A DNA stretch of 64,000 nt, taken from contig NIVC01001228.1 in assembly GCA_002269645.1 (NCBI GenBank), forward strand, positions 125,080 through 189,079, written 5' to 3'. Positions 39,196 to 50,819 of this stretch are shown here, in pieces. Position 1 is the first letter of the stretch. Each line of letters starts with the position of its first letter. Source of the stretch: Macrostomum lignano. Taxonomy: Eukaryota. The position numbers and the translations under genes are program-made. The notes under the pieces are model-generated. The model searched no databases and had not been told where the DNA came from. It was given only the letters and a program-made list of their open reading frames with translations.

Positions 39196-41365
39196 CTGTT
39201 CCAAATTTTGGCAAATAATTTCAGTCTAGATTAGAATTTGATAGGCCATAAAAGTTGCAATATGAATTACATAGTACCATAGACAAAGTAGAAGACTTAG
39301 ATACTTGTATGAATAAATCTGTAGATACATGTAACTTGCAGCTGTAGCTCTGGTGACAGGCTACTGCTAATTCCTCATTTATACTTTAGTTTTTTATGCA
39401 CATAAAACAGGAACATCCAATCTGGTTTGCATAGATGTGCATCTAATTTCCATTGGCATTCACTGTATATACTACTGCACAAGTTTTTTTTAAAAACCTA
39501 AAAACCGGAAGTTTTTTAAACTCCAAATCTCTAAATTATTTTACCTTTTTTAATGTTGCTAATCTAATTTGTCTAATTGTGCTGCAAATTCCAATATGCT
39601 AGTCTTCCAAGGATTGCCTTAATTAAATGTAGCATTGTGTGCTCTTTAAAGGCAAAATTATTTAAATTGGTTATGTAATAGATGCTACCAAAATTAACAA
39701 GTCAGCACACTTGGCCTCACAATCTAGATGATAATTGAATTCCTACGTCAATTTGCAGTACTTGCAGATTTGCTTTACTATAGTTAGAGCAAGGCAAATA
39801 GGACAATGCACTACTAATATGTGACTCTTAAATCTAAAGTCCATCTTCTAGAAGCCAATGTCCCAAAATGGTCAACCAAGTGTAAAAAGTATATCCATTA
39901 CTCCCTGATATAACAATTGGATGCAACAATTAATTCTGAAGTTGTTAAGGTCCGGTCCTTCTATATCAGCCCAATTGGCAAGGTGATACCCCACAGGTGC
40001 AACAGACCCATAAGACTGGAGAATGCTAGAGTATTAATGCAGGCAGCCTCTTCAGAGTTCCAAGAGTGGCTAGCTACCACGATTGTGTGGCAAAAGCTTC
40101 TGATGTCAGGCTCATGTGTAGATATAGCCTTGGGTTTGCCATGCTGGCATTGAATGCAGGCTGCACAATGTGACTCACTGTAATCGATAACCTTTCAAGT
40201 CGTCAGTGGTCTTGACAATTGAAAAAATTCAATCTAAAAAATAAGCTGCTTAATTGGAGCAACATACATGCCCAACACCCATCTGACCTGTCTAAACTGG
40301 ATGGGTGAAATGGCCACCAGCCAAGGTAAGTTGCAGAATCAAAAATGTGAAAAATGAAAATTTGGGGAAAAAAGGAGAGGAAGAGAAAATGAAAAGGAGG
40401 GAGAAGAGAGAGAAGGGAAAGAGGAGAGAGAAAGAGAAAGAGAAGAAAAGAGAAAAAGATAAGAAAAGTCATACAAAGTGATAATTAAGTCACAATCAAG
40501 ATTCAAGAGGAACTAAGTTGCAATTGGGAGGAACTAAGTTGCAAATCTGGACAAAACTAAGTTGCACTGGACTGGTAAAATTTTGAGGTTGGGCATATGT
40601 GGAACAAGATGGACACTGTGCTCTGCAGCCTCTGGTCTTTATTGGGTACTTCAAGTATAAAGGGCAATATCTAGTAGACTCTAAAGGAGATGAATTATGA
40701 ACTAGATGATTGAGTTTATTAAAGAGAAAGGTGAGCAGACTCTGGCTAAATAGTAAGTTGTGATATACTTTGATGTTAAACTACTAGGTTGTCTAATTGT
40801 ACATCATTAGCTATAAGAGGAAGAATCAATTGTCAATAAAATTGGAATAGATATAGAATTTTGAATATTTTTATTTTATTTTTGACTAGGTTATGTGTAT
40901 ATATTGGAAAAAGCAATTAAAAGGATATTTTATCTTTTCTAGTTATTTATAAGCATAAAAATCATTATACAACTATAAGACAAGACTTCTATCATTATGC
41001 TCTTAATATTTTTAATTTTATTTGCAAATGAGGACACACAATCTGTCAATGACACAATGTCACTATCATATACACCAGGATATAAGCTGATATATACCAA
41101 AAATGGCAAGTACTGGTACCTTGTTATACAACAGGAAATCCCAGCATATATGTTGCCTTCCGAACTATGGCAGCTATAGCATATAGACCCCCCTCTTATG
41201 GTGGAAAACTACAAAAATTTTTTTAAAAAGTAACAATATTACTGATTCAAGACAGTGATGAAGTTCCAAGAATATTGAAATTAGATAAGAAAATTGAAAC
41301 TTAAAGTCAGGATCATGGCATGCCTGCACTGGAACTATTACTAATAAAAAGTTTGCTCACACCAT

Positions 41366-44240
41366 GCCATAGTCTGGATCATGCTGGGTGCACGCCCGAA
41401 CAAAAATTGAATAATTACAAATGCACTCTGAAAAAAATATAGTGCATGCCCATTTTCAAAAATACGCCGGTTTTGTGACAATAAATGGCCTTTTTACATT
41501 GTGACAATAAAATACTTTTTTTAATTGCATAATAGACCCTTCTTACCAGATAATTTGGTTGCTTTTTATGCTTTTTCGGTGATACTAGTTACAGCGGAAG
41601 ATTAATACACAATAAGATTTGTTTAAATTCTCTTTACAAGCTTGAAAAAACCGGAAAGCTTGAAATTTGCGCTTAAAAAAAGTTTTTTCACTTTTTTTCT
41701 ACTTTACATTAACTCTTACGCGTGAGTCTATAAAGTGCATACCAGGTGTGCACGCATCCTATTTTCTCAGGAGTGATGCACGCCAACTATGCACACCTCA
41801 TTTTGGCGTGCATGGCCAATGCACACCCGAATTTTTGGGCATATACTACATGATCTGGAGTGTGGACACTATGTACTGCAACTTTTTGAAAAAAAATACA
41901 AGTCAGTAATTTTCCATTTAACCCTTGAAAGATTTTGGTGTCCATTGGACCCCAATGGTATCTTTAAGTTAGAACAAAATCATACTAAATATTAGCTCTT
42001 AGCCTTTTGAAAAAGTAATTGTTTAAATTTTTTAAGAAATAAAAATAAAACAATAGTAGTTAAAAAGTTTTTTTGGTTTAGTAAAAATTCACTAGTTTTC
42101 AGTATTCCTTTTCTTAAATATTAAAATTTTCAAGTATAAATATTACATGATCTTGACTTCCACACTTTGGATCATTTAGTATACATCCAAAAATTTAGGG
42201 CATGCATTAGCCTTGCATACCAAAAGTAGACATGCACAGTTGGTGCATTACTCCTAAGAAAATATACCTAGCATCCACACTTAGGAAGGTGTCACATGTG
42301 CGCGGGAATATATTTCAGCGTATTTCTGGTGTGCACTGTGCGTGAAGCTAAAATATGAATTTTTGCGCCGAGGTCTACATTTGTTTATTGACAAATACAT
42401 AGCTAGAGTACTAATCCACCATAGCACTAAAAACTTGGTAAAAGTCCAATTAAAACAAAACTAAAAAATGGATAAATTTTTGTACATTATGTAGGCTTTT
42501 TTCCAACTCAAAACTTTTGCTTTATTTTAGCTTACATAGAGAATTTTTAAAAGAAATAGCTTTAACTTTACATTAAAATCCAATTTTGAATTTTATTATT
42601 TGTTTTGCTTACCAAGAAACAATTTTTTTTATTGATATTGTGGTAGGCACAAGCACAGCCTCCCACTGCGCGTAATCCACTGGCTGGATGACTCAATGAA
42701 CTGTCATTCCCGGCGTGTAAATCTGTGACACTCAATGTAACTTTCCTTCCCACCCCCTGGCAAAGTTTTGTTTTTCTGTGCCTTTCCCTGGGGTCCACCC
42801 GGTGCTATTTTCATCACCACCCGGTGTACCCGATCTTTTCCTTTGCGTGTAACTCTCTTCCCACCCACGGTAACCCTTTTTCTCCTAGTGGTTCCTAAGA
42901 GCCTAATTTGAGTCTGCACCTTGCCTTTCCTAGCCAGACTCTTGTGGCCTTTGCCCGAACTCCTGAGGATTCCAGTAGACCCTACTCAGACCATTACAAG
43001 AGGCCCCATATTTTGTAAGCCCAACCTCCCAACCCGACCAGCTCCTTGCCTTTTCAATTTAACAGTTTGACAGCAATATCTAAGTTTTAATCATTGCTTA
43101 TAGTGCGTGCAACCTAAGTTTTAATAATAATCTAGATATCCAGCTTTGGCCACTATTTATTCTCAGCCTGACTTTCTTGTGTGTGAAACGGTGTCTTAGC
43201 CTTTGTGACCTAGGAAGCACTCTATTTAGACCTTAGAGGTCTTCTGAGAAGCGCTAGAGCAAACTCAAGCCAGTTTCAAGCTTTAGAGCTTTCCCACGTA
43301 CAATTGCGGTGGAGGTAGCGACCTACTACTTTTAGTAATCACTCTTGACGAATTAGCTTATTTTGAAGAGCCTTCTATTCAGCTACAAATCTCTGCATTT
43401 GGCATTCTAAACGTCGGCAAACTAGACCGCTCAGCCGCAACAACAGCTACCCTCCCCCTGAGCCTGAGGAACTCAGCAGCAGAGCTCCCTGCCATCTGCA
43501 AGCCAAAATCTTTGTTAAGTTTTGTTGGAAACGACAAAGTGCACCGATTCGAATGGCTGGAACGACCAAATCAAAACCCCCACAGCTTCAGAGTTTCTCT
43601 TTTCAAACCCCCTGACCTCAATATGCTTGGAAAAAACGTAATCTTAAAGCATAATTTATGCACTGCATATGCAGATTATACATTTAGGTGACTCAATGTG
43701 AGCTAAATTTTTCTAATCAGGTTTTGCTGTGTGCCACTGTGTGCTAAAAACTTCTGCTAAGCCTTTGTTATGCGCCATATGCGCCAATTTGCGCATATTT
43801 TTTGTTGATATGCGCCGGAATTTTCCGCCATAATGTACACCTTCTTAAGTGTGGCCTAGCATGCACTTTATAGAATCATGCAGAGGAGTTATTATGAAGA
43901 AGAAAAATGTGAAAAAAGTTCATTTTAAAAGTAAATTTTCTGCTTTTTTGGGTCTTTAAGCTTGGATTAAAGCATTTAAACATATCTTTGCATATACTAA
44001 TTTTCTACTATAAATATAGTATCACCAAAAAAGCAGAAAAATTAACCAAATTATCTGTCAAATAGGGTCTATTAGGCCTATGCAATGAAAAAAGGCCATT
44101 TATTGTCACAATGTAAAAAAGTCATTTATAGTCATATTATTAGTGGAGTTTTAAGAATGGGTATGCACTTATTGATTGGCATGCATTTATAACTATCAAT
44201 TTTTGTTTAGGCGTGCACCCAGCATGATCCAGACTATGGC
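41366..44240. mobile_element. Large foldback/TIR element in SET intron 1
   Basis: Ends GCCATAGTCTGGATCATGCTGGGTGCACGCC and its exact reverse complement. Imperfect inverted homology continues inward for several hundred bp. No TSD found. Confidence 0.75.
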
Positions 44241-44646
44241 TTGACCCTAGCTGCTAGTGATGTCTTTGATTAAAATGCAGTTTCCATATGCATAGCAAGA
44301 CATTTGTTAAGTACTCCTAATATTTGAAATTTGAATGTTTATTACAATTAGCTATTAAAACTTTTGTTTGTAAACCATATACTAAAAAAACTTTCTAATG
44401 TTAGATTTCCCTAATGAGATTTCTCAAGTTTCACCAATGTTAGATTCTCCAAAATAAACTTATAGAAATGATCTCTAGTCTTGTCATTGAAACTGTAATC
44501 CTAAATCCTTATCCTTCCTGACATATGATAAATGTAAGCCACATATTTTGTTGTTTTGCACAAATTGAAATTAATGACTTAGATTAGTCCAAAGACGCAT
44601 TCACAGCATAGTATAGCATAAGAATGTATACAAGTTGTTGGCCTAC

Positions 44647-44713
44647 CTTGTTCTGTTATGCCATCACCATCACCAGAATTCGGATCTAGTTTTGCTTGCT
44701 TTGCATTTGACAT
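44647..44713 (-). CDS. SET: SET (TAF-I beta, NAP family) exon 1
   Basis: MSNAKQAKLDPNSGDGDGITEQ + G|GTAGGC (phase 1) joins exon 2 to give [17 protein letters not shown], like the SET N-terminus. Confidence 0.85.
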
Positions 44714-45303
44714 TTTCAAACAGAAAATATGCAATTGACGTAGATAAAGGTGATTTGTAACTTTCCTTACAATTACTGAACTCGAAGTTATATAAGTAAT
44801 GTACAATTAAACGTTCCGGGGAAAGAAAGCGAGTGTTAAGTAGCTTAGTAGCGTCCTTGCTCCGCGGGCGCTGCAAACGATGCTTTTCAAAAAAAAATTT
44901 AAATGTTGTGACTATAAAATAAATAAGAGGAAAAAACAATCAAATTAAATTTTTTAAGTTTTACTTTTATTTATTTAAAAATTTACTTCTTTTTTACTAA
45001 AATATTTTTCTACTTTTGTTATTCCTAAGCTAGCAGAAACTACCTAAATTCCGTTGGAAATTATTGCATCAGACGTTTAGGCCCTAAGTGCAGATCAGAT
45101 TGAGTTAAGCCTACTGAACTGTACTGCTGCCTGTACTACCTACCTTACCTATTTTAGTATCCTGAATTTATTTGAATTTAGTGAAGCACTTTCCTCTTAA
45201 CATTTAATCCATATAGGCTCTATTTAGGGCCTATACTACTTTAGAGATACTTAGGCATTATATTATATAGACAATTGCCATTGGCAAACAAATAATATTT
45301 ATA
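44714..45303. promoter_or_regulatory. Putative bidirectional promoter between SET and PRP38B
   Basis: The divergent start codons are about 590 bp apart (this depends on the PRP38B exon 1 call). There is a small GC-rich patch at about 44820-44880. Confidence 0.4.
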
Positions 45304-45337
45304 ATGTCTTCAGAAATAGATTTTGACATAATCCAAG
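45304..45337 (+). CDS. PRPF38B: Probable PRP38B first coding exon (MSSEIDFDIIQ)
   Basis: ATG...CAAG|GTAAGA is a phase-1 donor matching the phase-1 acceptor at 56998. No homology evidence for this short segment. Confidence 0.5.
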
Positions 45338-46287
45338 GTAAGATGTTGCTACTTGATGATAATACATAGTTTTTTATGTTTATGAATATGTTTAATATAT
45401 AGTTAATAAGCCTAGGCCTATATCATATTATCATAGGCCTAGTATGAACTATAATTGTTATTATTCAAAAAGTAAGTATAATATAAAAATAGCATAGCTT
45501 ATTGTTTTATTATAGGCTAATTATATTACAAGTAGTATAAAGATGCACACGTCTTTTTGCCACCAGTGAACGGGCTTCTTTTTAGACGTGGGTCTTCAGG
45601 TTCCTAGTCATTTCGTCATCTGCCATTTCGTCATGGTAATGGCTAGAGTTCCGGCACTGGAACCCATTTTCTAACAGCTAGGGATCCGGCAGTGCCATAC
45701 AGAAGCATATAAAGACTGCTAAGAACATATCTTAAGAAGTCTAAATATTAGAAGCATCTTATCCCGAATCTTATCATATTGTCTTAAATTAAATGTCTTG
45801 CAATTCAAATGTTCAGTTAAAAAGCTAAATTTAATACAAAATTATAATCATGTGATGCCTATTTATTGATCTAATTTTCCTTGGTCTGTGTGCGAAGCAA
45901 ATGAAGCGCTATTATATGCCCTCCCAACCAAGCTGCCAAGCCCTCTCATGTTGCCACAATCCCACTTGGAAGCAACAGTGTGTACATTATATGTAAGATT
46001 AATTCCTTCCTTTTCCTTTCCTTTCTAACCAGCTTAACTCAGCCCAACGCCAAAGCCATGCAAGCAATCGCATGCAAATTGCAAATGCAGATTATGCTAA
46101 GTGGTATACAGCTTAATCTGATGAATTTCAATGCAAAAAAATGATCTTTTATATGAAAAAAACATCAAATGCTTATAAAATTCAAGAAGTTTGTTAAATT
46201 AACTATATGAAACACTGTGCATTGGTTTCAGTGCAAAATTCCTATCATTTCCAGCTTAAATAGCCCCAAAACTAACATAAAAGTAAA

Positions 46288-47375
46288 GGCAGTGCTTATC
46301 CTCACGGTACCGTAGGAATAATTTCTGTCTTATTCCAACGGTACCGTGCGAATAATTTTCTGCTTATCCGCACGGCACACTGACGAGATAGCTGCCCTAT
46401 CTTCTACATATGCCATGCGAATAATTTTCTGCTTATCTGCACGGCACACTGAGGAGATAGCTGCCCTATCTTCTACATATGCCGTGTGGGAAGTTTAGTA
46501 CATACTAAACTGTGGGAAGTTTAGTTTAGCCTATTAGAAGCCCTGTACATTAAGACCAAACAGCCCACGTTAAATAACCAACTTGCGATGGGTGGGGCTA
46601 GCCGTCAACTCAGAATTTTTTAGCTGATTTGTCAATGACCGGACTGGCTTGAAACTGATATGCACTTTACCCAACCAATACTGTATCAAAAATTGATTAC
46701 TATGTACAAGTTTTAAACCATCAATTAAAAACTCAATTCAACTACTCTTGTTACTCTCAACTATCTATATATACTGAATATTCGTTCAAATTGTTTCTCA
46801 ATAAAAAGACTCTGACGATGTCCTAATGCAAATGGACAGTAGCGCAACCAGAAATTTTTCAAGGGGGGGCGGATTCTGAGGGTAAAGTCCCGGGAGGGGG
46901 GGGCGGCGGAGGGGTGGCTCTGTTTTTGGCGAAAATTCGCTTGGTCCCCCTTTGATTTTTTTTCGGTCCCCCGCCTAAGGGGGGGGCGACCGCCCCCCCC
47001 GCCCCCCCCCCCTGGTTGCGCCACTGCAAATGGACGAAATGCATCGGCAACTCAAATAATACTTCATGTTGATATTTACCTTTATTTAGTACATACGATT
47101 TGAGTGCAGTATAACAACATAACTTGGCTTGAACATTTGTTCTAAAGAAATAAAGATTTAACGACTTTACTATGAGAAAGAATTTTTTTGTGTAGTAACA
47201 AATGATTTAAATTGCGTGCCGTGCGGATAAGCAGAAAATTATTCGCACGGCATATGTAGAAGATAGGGCAGCTATTTCCTCAGTGTGCCGTGCGGATAAG
47301 CAGAAAATTATTCGCACGGTACCGTTAGAATAAGACAGAAATTATTCCTACGGTACCGTGGGGATAAGCACTGCC
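46288..47375. mobile_element. MITE with long, internally repeated TIRs and a 9-bp TSD (Merlin- or Mutator-like)
   Basis: GGCAGTGCTTATCC...GGATAAGCACTGCC; about 160 bp of near-perfect TIR. TSD AAAAGTAAA at 46279-46287 and 47376-47384. Confidence 0.88.
46837..47026. mobile_element. 190-bp hAT-type MITE nested in the previous element
   Basis: 15-bp TIR CAGT(A/G)GCGCAACCAG; 8-bp TSD CAAATGGA on both sides. Confidence 0.92.
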
Positions 47376-49278
47376 AAAAGTAAAAAGTCAAGTTTTCAGT
47401 TTTTTATTGATAATTTTTTACTCAATTAACTGAATCTCTAGAAATTGCACACAAATATGCCTCTTTTTGTGGGAAATCAGCCGTCATAAAAATAATGCCA
47501 TCTTATTGGGTTATTTTGTTTGATTTCAAGCCAAATATTAAAAAAATCACTATTCTGATTGATTTCCAATCACTTTTGATACATGAGCACTTGTTGTAGA
47601 CACTCAAAAACTTGGTAAATTTTAGCCAGACATTAGTACAATTTGTTGCAGTATCCGCATTTGATCTACCATTCTTTTAACAATTTAATCACCTATTTTT
47701 CTGGCACCCAATCAGCCAAAAATCACAAATTATCAATTTCTGATTGATTTTTCAACCCGAAAGCAGCAAAATCAGATAGCGGCAATTCAAACCAATATAG
47801 TATAGCAACTATGCTATAGAAATTCAAAGTTGGATTATTTGTACCATGTTCTCAAAATTATAATGAGCAATAATATAAAAGTCATGTGATTTTTTTTAAA
47901 ATCAATCTTTGTCGATTTTCTTAGCACTGCAAAATCGTAAGAAAACAAAACTTTAGACACTTGTAGATTTTTGCATTGCGCATCTAACTGCACTGCTTTG
48001 AAGCCAAAACTTAAAAAGCTTTGTAGGAAAAAGTGGGGAAATAATAAAATGAGGGTCATTTTTTTACCCAAAAAAACCCACCAAAACTGAATAAAGATGT
48101 CAAAATAAATTAAAGCGCCATATACCATTTTGTAGGAAATTTAGTTTTACAACTTTGATCCTCAGATGTCAAAGCCATATCTCGTAAGGTGTACCAGAAT
48201 TTTGAGATCTCCCAGAAGCACTTTTGAAAAAATCGTCTTTTCAGTTAATTTATGGCTTATTTAAAGAATCTTTGCACTTGAGAGTATATTCATTCAATAG
48301 ATCTAAAAGTTTTCTATCGATCGACATCTCACTCAACTCAATTGGTGCAGTAGTTGCAAAATAGGAGCATTTTTTAGAGAAAAAATGTGAAATTTCAAAA
48401 TATGGAAGTCTAACTTATTTACTCACCCTTGGCCCCTGGCAAGGCTTCGGGTTCTCTTGCTCTTGCCCGACGCAGCCTTTAGTGGCGCCAGGCTTGGATC
48501 GTTCACTGGTAGAAATGTAAGGATGTCACGATGCCAGGTTGTGCCATTTTAGCCATTTTAAATAAATTTGAATTCATAATTTGTATATATAAATTAAAAT
48601 ATTTTTTATTTATAAAAGACTTGGGGTGTCCAGTGAGCCCATTTTTAGCGTGTGCAAAAACAAAAAAGGTAAAAAGTGGTCTTCTTTAAATGGCTAGGCC
48701 TATAACTTTTTAAATATATAAGATAAGATAATGAGATAATGAAAAGAAGGCAAACAGATCTTTCAAATGAAATATAAATGACATATGTTTAGTACATACA
48801 ATTACAAAGATAAAGACTATCAAATATTGTATACATTTTCATACATTTTCAAAACTGTGCTGAATTTGTTTAAAAATATGAGATTAGGAGGATTAGTTTT
48901 TTAGTAAATGAATACATAACTGCTAAGAATATTTGCACACTGAGTGTAGGTAACTTCCTGCATGTCATTTTAAGTGATTTTTTTGTTCAAAAATATGTAC
49001 ATATACATTTAAAATTTAAAATGGCTATAACTTTTGAATGGAAAGAGGGGTCACCCTAATTCTTTTTGCTACTTGCTTCTAGTGACAAGATGAAATGTTT
49101 AAACAAGACAAGATGAGTGTAACTCTTGCCGCAATATGCTTAATAGAAATTTTCTAAATGCATGCAAATCATAATGGCAATCTCCTAGTTTACTATGAGT
49201 ACGTTAAATTATTTTTAGGTAGAAATGAAAAGTTACATATTTCAACAGTCTACGGTAGTTAGAAGGCAGTCCAAAATG

Positions 49279-49497
49279 TCAATAATAATGCACAATCCAA
49301 TATAAAACATTGCCAAATGCTTTCTTTGGCAAGTGGCGGCGCCACAGGTACTCATTGAGGTGGGTCTCAAACAGGGCATTGCTGGTGCCGTGCATCACCC
49401 TGAATTTGGCCTTGACGTGTGCCCATGACCTCTCAATGATGTTTGTATGGACAGTCGGGTTGTGGGGGTCTACAAAATGGAGTTGGTGATTGTAGTT
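49279..49497 (-). pseudogene. Merlin (IS1016/ISXO2-like) transposase C-terminal fragment
   Basis: NHQLHFVDPHNPTVHTNIIERSWAHVKAKFRVMHGTS..FETHLNEYLWRR matches the NH..FVDP..HTN.IE..W..K motif. Stops lie immediately upstream. Confidence 0.85.
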
Positions 49498-50819
49498 GGT
49501 GCTCTAGGCCTCCTAGCCATATGGGTAGTCAGCAGGTAGGCTGAAAAGTTTTGAAAGTGGGCAAATAGTTTAATGCAGTAAAGTAAAAGATTGCCATCTC
49601 CATAAGAGACAAAAATTAGGAAATTTTCTAAGCTTGAAAGAAAGGCCAATTAGTTTCTTTGATAAAATGATAGCAAAACAGGCCAAACTCTTTGTCCTAA
49701 AGGCACATCCTGATAACTTTTGCTGACTGAAGTTATTTAGCATATTTGGCAAAGCTGTACTTTTTTAAGCAAATACACTATAGAGATAGGAAAAATATAC
49801 ATGAAGGGCTGTATGTTCCACAAATCAGTCACACTTGCAATTTCTTTTCAAAAGAAGATAGCTGGACTCAGGATACACTTAATCCTTTATGCACATCTCA
49901 CCAATTCGTATAATTGCTATATCCAGTAAATTTAGGGCATGGTTAAATGAAAATACATAGAAAAAATATGGGAAATGGGTATGTGAAAAGAGATGCACCT
50001 ATTAATATCTACTGTAGGTCCTGCGCCTATGGTATGATGTTTGTTGAGGTAAAATTTAATGACTAAATTATGTTAATATATTGTTTTAGATAGCTTCTTT
50101 TATTGGTAAATGTGTATATTTCTATACATGAAAGGATAGAAGTAAAAAAGGCTTCCACTGGAAGGTTTGCTGCTGGAAATGGACCCTAGCAGAGCTATCC
50201 CAACAAGCAATCTTTGGCATATGTCTAGTCAACTGGTCAATGCTAATTGACCTTTCTGATATTACTTTAAAAACTGTATAACTTATTAATAATGAAGGAA
50301 GTTTAAAAACTGTTATTGGTAGGGCAACCTACATGTATATACATTGTACAGACAGTATAGTACATCTTAGACTTAAAAAAATTAAATTCAGTATTGGATT
50401 TAGGGTATGGTGCAAAGGGCATGCCATTCAACAATTTTGCTTTTATCACTTTCTCTTTCGGTAGTACATTATTATGTACATATACCATACTTACATATAC
50501 ATGTAACCTTAGTGCTCTATATCCCCATTCAAAATTTTCTGGATCCATGTCTAGTAAAATTTAAGCCTAAGGAAAAGTATGTCACTAATTGTCTTCATTG
50601 TCTAGCACAGGTCATTGTCTAAGTAGTCTTTATAAAGGTTGTAGGTAAAAACTTCATTTGGGCCAGTCTCATCGAAGGTGACCTCAAAGTTCTATGAGAA
50701 TACATCATGGCTGGCGCATGGCAGTTGACACTGAACGTAGCCTTCCTTCTATTGCTCAGAACCATCAGCATAGCCAAATTGCATTTCAATGTGTCAACAC
50801 TCAAAGACTAATAAGTTCT

